Source: Polymyxa betae A26-41 (taxonomy: Eukaryota; Protista; Endomyxa: Phytomyxea). From it: a DNA stretch of 56,324 nt. Under the pieces are notes generated by a model, which was not told the origin of the DNA, ran no database searches, and saw nothing but the letters and a program-made list of their open reading frames with translations. The position numbers and the translations under genes are program-made. Positions 39,401 to 51,898 of this stretch are shown here, piece by piece; position 1 is the first letter of the stretch; each line of letters starts with the position of its first letter. Location: positions 1 to 56,324 of the forward strand of contig RBZT01000468.1 of assembly GCA_003693705.1 (NCBI GenBank), written 5' to 3'.

Positions 39401-42400
39401 TTGATTCGTCCAACTTCAGTTAAGAACAATGCGGTTAAACAGCTCGATTTGATTCGGTCTGTTGTCGATGAGCGTCCATCATCTCTAGTGAAGAAAGAAC
39501 ATATACTATTTTGCATAGTGTTCGTCTTAACATCCTGCACCGTCGTTCTGTTGCTTCTCTATCTCAGCTCAGATAAAACGTAGGCTCTGATAATTTATTT
39601 ACAATTTTTTTCTTATTGCCAGTTAAGATTACGAACCGTTTCTGATGAAACATGGAAACAAGCGGGCGAAACTTTGCAAGAGAGATTTAGACTGTTGCCT
39701 TCTGTTGCCAGCCTGATCAGTTCGACAGTTGCTTTGCAAGTGAATGATGGTTCCATTAACGGCAAGACATCTATTAGCACTAATTCCAACAGGGTATATG
39801 CTGTGGCTACTGACGCCCTTTCTCGAATGGTTCAGATGCCCCCAGAAGCCATGTTTGCATATAGCGTTGGCGTTTTAGTACAAGGGCAACTTTATGCAAC
39901 TCTTTTACCAAACATCAGCAATCCTGATCCGAAAACAATCTCCATCAACCGAATTGTAAATATCCACTTTATGGTAGTATCTCCAAATCAAAGAGTTTAT
40001 AGGATCGAGATGTAAATTCGACTCTTTCTGACTGGTATCGGTATTCGAATTCCAGTGGGATGTTCGGTAGCTTTCGTCGATTAGTTAGTGGAAGTGACGC
40101 CCTTCCATTTGGAAGAAGTGTCAATATATCTGGTATTGGGCGATGTGTTGTTCTTGTAGATTTCAGCTCCGGAATCTTAGTCAATTATCTCAAAAAATTT
40201 GTTTCAGAAATCGGTCTCGAATCTATCGCATTACAATTGCTCGAATATCCATCACTCACCCTGTTGGCATCTAGTTCGCCTTCTGATGCTGATTCAGGCG
40301 TTGTTTCGCTTAATTTGAGTACCATTTCCGACAACGAAGTGACCCGAACACCGGTTTTCGATCGCGATACACTCTCTTTAAACATTCCGTATTTCGACCT
40401 GCAAACAAGTTGGATTGCAAGTGCTATATTATCCTTACATGAAGTTTGCGGATCCAATTTAGAACTAAGCATTACAGCATGGACTGTTTTTGTTGGTGTC
40501 ACGATTGTAAGATCTTTGTTTGGGACGGATGCACATTACTTACCATGCTTTCAGATAATCGTATTTCTTGTGTATTCGAGCTCATGGAATCTTGACAAAA
40601 GGTATCCGACATCTTGGCTGGGCATCAATGATTCTGATGCCATCATCGCTCTGGCGAAAAAGGAACCCTCTCGTGCAGCATTAAGTCACCATTTGATTAG
40701 TATTCGCCAGAAGATTACAAGTGCTTCAGCGCAAAGCTGGAGACGTAAGCGTAATTTACGCTCAGGCGAAATCGGTGATTATGATCAGCCTCTCGACTTT
40801 GACGAAATACAGAATCATGTTTCCGATCGTGCAGTTCGTCATGTTCGCGATGCATTGCATAATCGTATGACGATCGTCTTTGCTAACAACAATACTTATA
40901 CATTCATATTCAGGAAATATCCTAACCCTTTGCGAACTTGAATCTCGAGAAAGCCCTGTTGCTGTTGGTCTTTACAAACTGATTTCTCATAATTTTTCCA
41001 GAACGGTTTTGCTGGTTGTTGCAATTGTCCATATCGGCCTGCAGTTTTTTGAACCACAAACGCAATCCCATCTTGCACAAGATGGTACAGATTTATGGGT
41101 TCTTGTAACAGAGGGCGTCTGTCTTCTTTTTGAGATAACGTACATGGCGCTTCATTTCGGCCTAAAGTATAATCTTTTAGCCATGGTATGAATCTGTATT
41201 CGCTGTTGTTGATGCTAACTTTTATGTCTAGGAGAACATTCTTTCAAGGGTTGACAATAGCTTGGCTATCGATGTTATGACTGTTATAATCCTAGCACTG
41301 ACCTGCTTAGATTGGCTTCTTACTATGACAATGAACTTCAGCTTCGAATATTCTTGTCCGCTTCGACCGTGGATTTTCCTTCTGTTCTTCTCTGATTTGC
41401 GCCGAGGTAATTATGAAATCAAAATTGTCTCGTTTCTGATCTGGTACAGGTCTGTCTCTTTTCTTGAGAGCAATAGTTCGCGTAAGGTTTTGACGGCGTA
41501 CTATACCCATTATGAATTGAAATTGGTTAGGCATTCGATGTAATCTTGTTATGGATGTCAATCATCTTCATTTTCGCTCTGTTTGGCGTTCTTTTCTTCC
41601 GGACCAATCTCAATATTGAAACGAATCGCTCAAGTTTTGGGAACATAAGAGATGCTCTAATTACTTGTTTCGTATTCGCTTCAAATGCAGATAATTTCTC
41701 TGACCTGATATATAATCCTACTCAAGAAAATCCTCTTTTTATGATGTACTTCATTGTTTTGTGGATGATTGGAATGTTTGGCATTCTAGCAATGGTAATC
41801 GGGTTTGACCTTTACAGAAATGTTCTAAGTAATAGCGAATAGGTTGTAGGATGTTTTCAATCTGAGTTTATGCTCCAGCAAGAACAGAACGTTCAGCAAA
41901 AGACCTTGTTCACTAGAACTGGTATGATTGCAGCGTTTATACTAATCGATGTCGATCAAAGTGGGGGAATTTCTGTGGAAGAGTTTAAAGATTTCATTTC
42001 TGGTTGTGCAAATCACGATGCTTCTGCTACCCGTCGGGCTTTCATGAAGATGTTCAGAAACATAGATACCAACGGCGACGGCCAGATGGATATTTATGAG
42101 TTCGTAATGGGAATCGAAGGTGAGATGATTGGGATCTGTACTGTAATCATCTTTCAACAATGATAGATCTAACTTTAAACCGTTTATTTTTGGGTCGAAG
42201 GCGTCCTGCTGTCGATTCCAAATGGAGGAAGTGGATGAGAGAAAACGTTTTCCATGCCCAGTCGGACTGGTGGCGTAAACTTATCGAACTTCTGCTGCTT
42301 GCAGAACTCACAGCTGCTTGCACCTATGGAACGGTGGTAGACGTGATTGTTATCGATCGAATTTGTCATGGATTACTCTTGTTTTTTACCATTGAGATGT

Positions 42401-43323
42401 TGACAAAAATGCTGATTTATGGTCCCACAGAAGTGAGTAACATCTCCCAAATATACTAATGCAGTTCTAAGCTGTTTGTCTAGATGCTTCTACACGGTCA
42501 TTATGATGGCAGTATGTTTGAGGTAAGCAGCTGTTGCATGTTCAAGACTTTACTGATAGTTTTGTTAGAGGCGATTTGACACTGTAGTTGTGTTTGGAGC
42601 TTGCATAACCTATTATGCGGTACGGTTTGGCTATAGTTCAGATCAAGGTGAATCTGGATTGTCTCACTACTTGGTCCTACTTTTGAAGTTTTCTTCAGGG
42701 ATCGAACCTGATCAGAACCATACAAACTTGTTACGAATTCTACAGCTAATTCCAGTATTGCGAATCTTTTCTCAGGTGGGACAGGAGAAGCCTGAAATCG
42801 TTGTCGATATTCACAAGATGATTAATGCATTTTCAGGTGAAAATCATCCGGCATGTAATTACGACATTCCTTCGATCTGCCCGCGAATTTTTCAATTTGT
42901 TCTGTCTATTGCTGATTATCATGGACATTTATGCTTGTCTTGGTGTCTACTTTTTCTCAGGCTTGTGGCAAGACCCCGAAAATCCACAAGCAAATTTCGA
43001 CACCCATTCCAATGCACTGATTTCGTTAATACAATGCATGTACGAACAAGCCCTAAGAGATACCAACCGGTAAATCTCAATTTGTTTGCAGGGTGCAGCA
43101 AGATTGGCGTCTTATCATGTATAATGCAATTTCTGCTTACGGCTGGAGCGCATCTCTCTACTTTCTGTCCTTCACGTTCCTGATTGCCATTCTTTTTACA
43201 AACCTATTTCTTGGAATTATTTTGACGCAGTTCAGCAAAATTGTACAGCACAAAAGAGAAATAAAAGCAGCACTTCAGAAACCGATCGCGAACCGTTCAC
43301 AACGTGCACTTTTTGACGAATGA
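36413..43323 (+). CDS. Two-pore channel (TPC-like: 2 x 6TM, EF-hand linker) with a very long N-terminal extension containing TM-bounded luminal domains
   Basis: The channel part starts ~40830 (AVRHVRDALHNRNI). Domain I has LRPW..., pore SFGNIRDALITCFVFASNADNFSDL and S6 YFIVLWMIGMF. EF-hands IDVDQSGGISVEEF and IDTNGDGQMDIYEF follow. Domain II has pore NFDTHSNALISLIQCMVQQDW and S6 YFLSF...TNLFLGIILTQF. Upstream ORFs join in frame through GT-AG introns (e.g. 38230-38278). Confidence 0.85.
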
Positions 43324-43705
43324 GATTGGCTTGAGAACTGCTGAGGCCTGATACAACCAAGAAAACAGCTAATGCGCTGTGTTCCACTTTATAACACTCT
43401 CATGGTGAACGCCAAGATTATTACAATACTTCTGCCAGATGCACTCTGATTAATAGAAACAGGCATTAGCGTTTCAAATAATAATAATATACAATTCTGA
43501 TTGCATTTTTTTTTCTATATTTTGGTGATGGCCTGATCGGTTGAAGCGTACAAGGATCTGAACCGACCCCGAGTTTTTGTATGGCAAAAATAATAGCTGT
43601 GTCTACTGGACAATATTTGAAGAGTATTAAAAGAGGCCAAAAAAGAGAGAAGAGATTCTCTCGGGTCGCAGAACTTCAATTGTAGAAGTGAAAGGCCGTC
43701 TGTAG

Positions 43706-44297
43706 ATGGCGACAGAGTCATTAAAGATCCAGGAGACCGAGATCAACACCTGCATTGATCAGGCACCCGACTCCGATGATCCAGGTCTATCTTCTATCAT
43801 AGAGTTGGTCGCCATTGTTAACCTGTCCTGATTCTAGACGAGAAGTTGGCTGATGCTGAAGCCATGCTGAAGCTGATGAAGGCGGAGATTCGTACTTTGG
43901 CACCGCCTGACAAAGATCAATGGCAACAACGTGCCAAGCAGATTGAAGCTCGGCTAAAACGGGCACAGTTAATCGGAAACAAATCGGATCCGGTCAGAGG
44001 ACAGTCAAAGGCTGTTAATAACCCCAACGATGTATGACCAAGGATTCGGGCGTTGACGGTTTTCGTCTCACTATTATGCAGGAAATTGCAGCCAGCGCTC
44101 AGCGCCAGAAAGACATGCTGCTGGAAGCGAAACGGCAGCTGGAAGAAACTGAACAGGTCGGCGCCCAGACTATGCAGGATCTCGCGAAGCAACGAGAGGT
44201 GATCATGAAAACGCAACAGAATGTGAGCGCCATCAATCAAGATCTGGATCATAGCAGCCGAATAATGTCTCGGATGTCGAAATGGTGGCGAGGCTAA
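43706..44297 (+). CDS. Vti1-like Qb-SNARE (3 exons), no C-terminal TM helix
   Basis: Habc-like region (LADAEAMLKLMKAEIRTL) and SNARE motif LLEAKRQLEETEQVGAQTMQDLAKQREVI...SRIMSRM, then KWWRG*. Confidence 0.8.
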
Positions 44298-44320
44298 CTC
44301 AATGTCGACTGTATTCATAT

Positions 44321-45015
44321 TTAATACAAGCACGGGAGCCCGTTCGCTCGAACGTATCGCCGAGCTGTGTTCAGGAACGCCAGCACGATTGTGACATAGT
44401 AAGCGCCAACGTAATACTTACAGACGAGAATCAGGTTCAGATCGCAATCATTACGACTTGTTCTCCAGACTAAATAATTGCCGACCAGAAGCCAGAACAG
44501 AATAAAGAACGAGCCCACGAACAAGATATTCATGGCGATGTTCTCCCTAGATAACATTATTAGGATCTGTGGAGGCGTTGATCCGGTTGATGTACAAAAG
44601 GCGGAAGATGATGGAAACGGGTGGCGGCCGTTCGCCTTTGACAATGTACGATGCGATTTGGCGAGCTTGTCGTTTTCTATAGACGACAAGAGCATAGGCT
44701 AAGACTGACATTCCGATCCCAAATAAGCTCATGAGTAAGAGCCATGGACCCAATAACGTTTGACATTCACGTCCACCTGATCACACACGTCATTCAATCC
44801 GAGATCGCTTTCTTCATTCAAATCGCTTGCCGTATTGTTGCCATGTGTAGAACAGAAAGGCATTGACAGCCAGCCCCAGGATTGTATGAACATCTGAGTG
44901 AAGGTTTTAATTGGAGCCTTGCAGCAATGTTGCTCTCAGATCTACATGTCAGAACCGTATTGACAAGCGGTTTCTTGGACAAGATATGATTGAAGTTGTC
45001 CATGACCTCTTCCAT
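44321..45015 (-). CDS. Multi-pass membrane protein (TMEM272-like layout), multi-exon
   Basis: Hydrophobic segments PWLLLMSLFGIGMSVLAYALVV, ILFVGSFFILFWLLVGNYLVW...CD..L, YYVGAYYVTIVLAFL. Confidence 0.6.
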
Positions 45016-45278
45016 GGCTCCAGTACGACCGACAACTAACCAGCACCTGTGACGGAATCGGATATCGTTTCATAGGCTTGGGAAATTCACGAGATCGACA
45101 TTGCCCAAACAAATATGAAACTATCCTGGATCCAGCATGACGCATGCTGAATCGCGAATGAAATAGAAAGCGTTATCGGGTTTATTAGATGTATAACCAA
45201 CTTATAGAATAGATGTTAAGTTATTACGCTTTGATGACTTGACTCTTAAATGAGAACTCTCGCGATCGTCATATAATA

Positions 45279-45818
45279 TTAATGATAGCTGGAGAGTTTA
45301 GAGACCATGTTGGCGATGGATCCGTCGACAAACGATACGATAGGTGATGATATGGCCGTCATTAGATTTGAAACGGGGTGGATCCACCTAACATACGTTC
45401 AGTTCTTCAATTGGCATTATCGTCGAATAGCTGACCAAGAATTAGCAGCAGACGCCGAATGCAAAATGAGACGAGGCACAGCACCAGCATGCTTCTCGAA
45501 GAGATTCGTCGCCACTTTGCCAAACTGGTTCATATCGTGAAGGCGCGACTGGACAAAGCGACCGTTCTGTGCGTCATCAATCAGCTTCTGCTTGGACATT
45601 TCTGGCAGAGTAGCATCAGGCAGCGGACGCGGCTCAGACGCCTTATGCATCGACGAGATCGCACCATGAACGCGGCAATCCACAGCATCGACCAGCGGCT
45701 CGAGACGATTGGCCAGCGGCTCCGCGGCGTTCAGGGCTCGATCGATGAGCGGGACGCCGACGACGGCCTGACGGACGGCGTGCAGGCTGTCACGAATGGG
45801 GGAGTTGGTATTGATCAT
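45279..45818 (-). CDS. Small amphipathic-helix protein resembling lipid-droplet proteins (perilipin/REF-like), 2 exons
   Basis: VPLIDRALNAAEPLANRLEPLVDAVDCRVHGAI resembles PAT/REF-type helices. A second exon WIHPVSNLMTAISSPIVSFVDGSIANMVSKLSSYH* repeats the P.V..VD pattern. Confidence 0.5.
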
Positions 45819-46448
45819 AGAGAGACAGATGATAATAGAGAATGAATGGCGATGAGATCGGAGAATGACGACTGAATGGAATATTCATGACAAGGTGAAA
45901 CAGTGCGCTCTGACTTTCACAAATATCAGGATGACGGGCCATTGTCACGTCGACCACCTCTCTTCTGCCTTCATCATAACAACAAGTCATTCATCGAATA
46001 CAAAAGCCAACGCCCGCAAACTGGATAGCGCGTCGTCCTCGAAACGCGAGCCAAACCGATCGGTTTCCCGACAGATTGCAGATGCTTGAATTCTCACGTT
46101 CAAAGGGCACGCTAATGAGTAGATAGTGAGAGAGTTGCTTTGATTCTAAATAAGCATCAGCTACGATGTTTTAAATTTCTTAATCGCTAAAGACCACATC
46201 CACATTGGGTGAACTCAGAACTTGTATTCCGTTATAGACGATAATAAACATTTCAATGAGTTCGCTTCTATCAGTTATATGACTATTTACGATTTGTAAA
46301 CAACATCGCTTCTCTTTCAATCTGATCCCAATGCTTTTTTGTGACGATTGCAATAAAACTAGCGGTCGGTCGTATAATACCTTGAGGAACTGGCTGCGCT
46401 CGCGGACTTAGACGGACTCCGCACGGTCATTGATACATTCTTTCAAAC

Positions 46449-46706
46449 ATGGTGAGGTTTTGTGATCGTGCCTTGCGTCCCTGATTGCTGACGTGATCGC
46501 TGCAGGCCGACATCGAGGAAGAAGCCAAGTTGGCGCGTGTCGTCAAGATTCACGGCCGTACCGGTTCCCGAGGTGGTGTCACCCAGGTCGTTGCCGAGCT
46601 GCTGCAATCGAACCGCCCCGTCACCCGAAACATCAAAGGCCCAGTTCGTGTCGGAGACATCCTCTGTCTGCTCGAATCTGAACGTGAAGCTCGCCGTCTA
46701 CGTTAA
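46449..46706 (+). CDS. RPS28: 40S ribosomal protein S28 (eS28)
   Basis: An ATG-only first exon, intron 46452-46505, then [28 protein letters not shown]...[26 protein letters not shown]. Not captured by the ORF track. Confidence 0.97.
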
Positions 46707-47100
46707 TTTCGCCCGCCAATATATACAAGAAACCTCTTTTCATCTGTCTGTGAGATTTGACTGTGGGCACGCGTCGTATCACTTTGCTGAGGGCAGGGTC
46801 CACGTTCTCCAAAGCCTACAGGAACGGTATCGTCCGACAGCCTGCCAAAGCTGCTTGAAACATCATCTGTGAAGAGAGAGAGGCGAATAGTTGAAGTGAA
46901 AGGGGCGACCTCTCTCCCTGCTTGAAAAACGTTTCCTCTTTACAGCAAAAGAATCGGTGAGAGCGCGACCTGATTTAGGCCGCGCCTTGTGTGTGTAGCT
47001 GCTGTTGAAGGGGTCTCTAGGGACACCATCAGGTCAGGGAAGGGGAGAAGAATCTCCCACATCCTCCTCCAGGTCGTCATAGTTGCAACACAAGCCCCAG

Positions 47101-48654
47101 ATGAACCGATCCAAACGTTCCCTCCAGGAGGTGGTGGCATCGGCCGCCATCGCCAGCTGCTATAAACGGTTCAAGGCGGCTGATGTTGCAACGGAGGTGG
47201 CGGCCCGCGACCATGACGAGGAACTGATTCACGAATTGGAGGATGGGAGGTCGGGCGGGCATTCCCGCCAGATCATTCTATCACAATACTGGCAGGCGAT
47301 ACTGCTGGCGCCGATTGGTGCCGGGGAACCATCGACTCAGATCCGATTCACAGCTCGATATCACGCCCTCTCGGTATCACACAAACTACGACTACTAGAA
47401 GCGACCCAACGTGATGAGATCGCCACCGATTTACTTAAGAATTGCTTTCAAACCATGTCCGGTACGGACCTAATCGCTTTTTGAACATTTTTCTGTCGTT
47501 TTTTTTTACTTTTTTCGAGATTTTTTTCTGATTTGGCTCTAGTTGCTGAGCAACTTGAGCTGCTACGCTTGTCGCCATACCATAAGACTGAGATCGGCAA
47601 CCATATCATGGTGACTCAATTTCCAGTCATGTCGGATGAGCTGCGGATGCGATTTCTCGAGGTGGCGCCCAAGAACATTCTCGTGACGATGCTGGAGAAG
47701 CATCTCGAGTGGCTATCGATACGGGAAGCGTTGACGGCCGCCCAGAACCTCGATGATCGTCAATATGCCGATATTCGGCGGCAGACTTCAGAACTTATCT
47801 GGAAGAAACGCGACATCTGCGATATCGACGACTTGGCCAAGCTCGGCCAGATCACCTTGCCGAAATTCGGCCGCGAGATCGTCGCCGAGATCAGGAATCG
47901 GTGTCGTCCGATTCTGAGGAGGGCTGTTCCCAATGCTACTATACCATCACCGCGCCTAATGCAAAGTCCCAGCTTACGACCAAATCGATCGTCGTCGTTG
48001 GCTATTCTGTTTCCAACATTGATGGCGAAATGCTATCAAATCGGAGACGACGACCCGAATTCGAGGTTCATCGGCCATGGTCCGCTCATGTCAATTCCGC
48101 CCTGCAATCAGGGAGCCTGCAATCGAGCTTCGTTCGGAATCGATCTGGTTGTCGATTGGGCGTCGGCTGAATATGGGTTTGTGCACGTGATTCTCACCAA
48201 GGAACTCGGCGAGTTCATCGAAGCGGTCGTCAGCATTTCGGATGGTGTCGATCGGGAGTTTGATGTTGGAATCATCGACGACGATTCGCCGTCGCTGGAG
48301 ATTCTTTGGCCAATGCCACGATTGGGGACACCATCATGTGTCTCTATTCGCGCTCATCTGCAGCAGACTGAACCCGATGAAGACGAGATGGTGTCCGAAT
48401 GCCAGGACGCTTCAAATTCACGAGGAGTCCAGGCGGGCTCTTGCCACAGCTGTCTTCCGGATGATGAGGACCCGAGCCTCAACGGTCCCGTTTCTATCGA
48501 CTCCATTGTCGAAGAATTAATGTCACAGGAAGAGATAACCGACATCGACCAGATGAAGTTGCGTCTTGTCTACAATGATCCCAGGATCAAACCGCTTGTT
48601 GATATGATCATTGAAAAAGCCAATATCGAATCGAGGAGGTTGTCAAATGCTTAA
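47101..48654 (+). CDS. Hypothetical protein (2 exons)
   Basis: ORFs 47083-47484 and 47533-48654 are joined by a T-rich GT-AG intron. No motif recognised with confidence. Confidence 0.7.
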
Positions 48655-48835
48655 TATCGCATATGATATTTTATATAAACATACCATAAATAGTTCAGCA
48701 CCTTTAACCTTAGACGCTGCTTTATCTTTGATGGGTTTTGTCTAACATGATGAGAAATAACATCCCAATCGGATTACCACAGTCTGGCTTTATCAGTTTT
48801 AACTTCTATAACGAAATGCAGGTAACATTACAGTT

Positions 48836-49359
48836 TTATTTTTCTTTATTAGCTAGGTCGTATTCGACTTCGACGACCGTTTGCCAGTCTGGTTGATACC
48901 CGGCCCCGATAGACTTTGTCATCCGTTTAGCAATGGTGCGAAGCAGGACAATAGGGGAACTCACCGCTAAGAAGAATTGCTGGCCTTTATCGGCTTGCCC
49001 TAGGCGAAGATAGCAATGACCGAGCATGTGGAAAGCGGCAGAGATGTTGTCCTCGAGCCCTTTCGGCATTTTGAGGTAAATCTGCAGAATAGTAACTGAG
49101 AAACTGTTAGACTTCATTTGGATGTTCTGATTGAAATCCTTAACTGGATGCCTCATACCGATCCTCGAGGAACTGTCTTTTCGCTTCCTGCAATAGATCT
49201 CGGGGCTTCCTACCCGATTGATTATACTGCTGGCTAAACCAGTCTAGATCACGTGCGAGATCCTTTCGCTAATTGACCCATATCAATGGGATTAACGACG
49301 TATACAAACTTGCAAACCTCTTTATTGGATAACAACCTCTCGTTTTTTACACTAAGCAT
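48836..49359 (-). CDS. Small TPR-like protein, multi-exon
   Basis: Spliced MLSVKNERLLSNKE/RKDLARDLDWFSQQY...LLQEAKRQFLEDR/FSVTIL...AAFHMLGHCYLRLGQADKGQQFFLA contains a TPR-like helix pair. Confidence 0.55.
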
Positions 49360-49484
49360 TAGCTACTTTTTTGACACTGATCGTACGGTTCAATATCGAA
49401 GACCTAATAGGTATATAACTATATATATTGGCAAGCCAAGTACAGACAAGCGTTATGCCCTATTGTATACGATATGTGCATTTA

Positions 49485-51898
49485 TCATGAAACAGGGCTG
49501 GGATGGTCCTCAAAGCCAAGATACTCGAAAAGAGGGCCTGTTGATAGTTCATCGCCATAAAACTCGACGAACGCTTGATAAGGATCGACCGAGAACCCTT
49601 TTGATAACACCTTTGTCCTTAAAGTATCACCAACGTGACGGCAAAGGCCTCCGTTCATTCCGACCCATTTCTCAGCACATCGGACCATCAGATCGGCGTA
49701 TTTGTAGGAGTAATATCCAGCTGCATACGAATATCCCGAACCAAATATATGTTTAAAATAGCCTGATCGATACCGGGGTCCGATCACTCCGTTGATGTCG
49801 AGATTCTTGAGAACGGCATTCTCAAACTCATCAATCTGAGAAACTCGTCAGAACGAACAGATGATAATCTCGATTCGGACAAACCTCTCCAATATCTGTT
49901 TCTGGCATAATTTGATGCCATGCTTGATCGAGAATAGCCGCAGAGGTGTACTCAAGGGTGTTGAAACCCTGATTGAACTTCCTAGCAGAGAGAATCTTTT
50001 CCAGAAGAACCTCAGGTATAGGCTCATTGGTCTGATGATGTCGTGCAAAATTGCACACGACTTCGCGATTGTATGACCAGATTTCGTTCAGCTGGGAGGG
50101 AAATTCGCAATAATCCATCGGAACGTTGATCCCAGAAAATCGTGGGTATTTTACACGTGAAAACAATCCATTTAATGCATGGCCAAACTCATGAAATGCC
50201 GTTCTGACCTAAAAACGCATATAAATTGCTCATCAGTAGATCTCGACATAAGCTCAAAACCTCGTCAAATGTCATGAGCGTAGGCATTCCTTCTGCAGGT
50301 TTAGGAATATTGAGGTTGTTTAAGACAACAGCGTTGGGTTGCTTCATCAAATCCGACTGTTCTGTATAGGAGCTCATCCAACCACCTCCTGTCTTAGAAT
50401 CGCGAGCGTAATAATCGAAGAGAACAATTCCGAGCTTAGAATCATCTTCGTTGAATAGTTCATAGACCATCACGTCAGGGTGATAGACTGGTAAGTTGTT
50501 ACAAGCTTTGGCTTTGATTCCGAACAGCCTCTGACTAGCATAAAAAACGCCATCGTGAAGCACACGGTTCATTTCAAAGTATGATCGAGCTTCAGATTCC
50601 GAAAAAGAATATTTCTTTTGTCGGATCTTCTCAGCATAAAACGACCAATCCCACGGGCACAGACGAGCATTTGGAATTTCTATTTCCATTTCTTTCTGGA
50701 TCTCCAAAGCTTCCTGTACTCAGAGTCAGATGGAGACAATGGAAGGGAAATTGGGACCTGCTGAGCCTTCTTTGATGCGCCTTGAGCGACGAGGTCCAGC
50801 AGTTCAGAAACTTTGGCATAATCACGAGCAACATTATCAGAAATTGCATAATCCGCATGATGTTGGTACGAAAGTACTTTTGCACGCTCAGCACGAAGTT
50901 TCGCCATCTTCTTAATGGTGTCAATAGTAGGGTAGGGTGAGCCCTCCAAACCTATGTTTATTAGAAGCGCGAATGAAAAACAAAAGTTTAAACAATCATG
51001 AAATATATGAAAAGGGAAGAGCTAACTACAGTACCTCGAGAAATCGATGCCCGATAAACTTTTTCACGAACGGATCGGTTTTTCAACTTCTGAAGACACG
51101 GTTGAACAGTAGTGTTTGTTAGTGTTAGCAGCCAGGCATTTCTGTGGCCACGCTTTCGTGCCGATTCAGCAGCAGCACTGATCTGATCGGGATCGAGTCC
51201 ATCAAGTTCGGCAATGTTCGTGATTAACACTGCACCTGCGTTCATGCCTTTATCGACAGCTTGTTCAAACTGCAAAGTTCCAATATCGTTCAAACAGAAT
51301 AGCAATATTCACCGATAAAAGCTTACATTGGCTCCAAGCAATGAGAGCTGCTGATTTACAGCAGATAATTTCTGTTTGTTTTCTGGGTTCAGTTCTGCTC
51401 CATGCCTTCGAAATATTTTGTGCAATTCTTGCAGCAATCGCTGTGATTCGGCGTCAAGTCCTTCAGAAGGTATTGAAGAGATTCGTTTAAATAGGCATTC
51501 GTTCATGTAGATGTAATCGTCCAATTCGGCGAATTTTGGAGAAAATTCGGTTTGGATCCGTTTGAGGACATCGTCTGAATCAGAAGATACCAGACTAAAA
51601 AACACATTTCGCACTCGATTTAATTCTTGGTTGGATTTCTCTAAAGCGGCAACAGTATTTTCAAATGTCGCCTCAGCAGGATTCGATGCAATTTCGTTGA
51701 TTCTTTTTCGGCATAGGTCAATTCCAGCTTCAAACGCCGGTCCAAACCATTCCCTCTGACACAGGCCACTCAATCCAAGCCGGCGAACGGATCACCTACA
51801 ACCACCTGGATCTGATCTAGCTGTGGGTAATTATAAGGCAATGGGCTCGGATCGAGCAGGATCCGATACGAAGGCTGATGATTAACCCCAGACGACAT
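49485..51898 (-). CDS. Peptidyl-dipeptidase Dcp-like metallopeptidase (M3A family), multi-exon
   Basis: PSPLPYNYP, ATFENTVAALE, WDWSFYAEK, DYYARDSK.GGGWMS, zinc motif FHEFGH, DYCEFPSQLNE, PRYRSGYFKHIF, YAAGYYSY. Confidence 0.92.

Noticed and set aside
45840-46090. ATGA/CTGA-like boxes suggesting C/D snoRNAs near RPS28
   Set aside because: No full RUGAUGA box with terminal stem or recognisable rRNA guide.
46537-46872. 111-aa ORF in the ORF track
   Set aside because: Wrong frame; the true product is the spliced RPS28.
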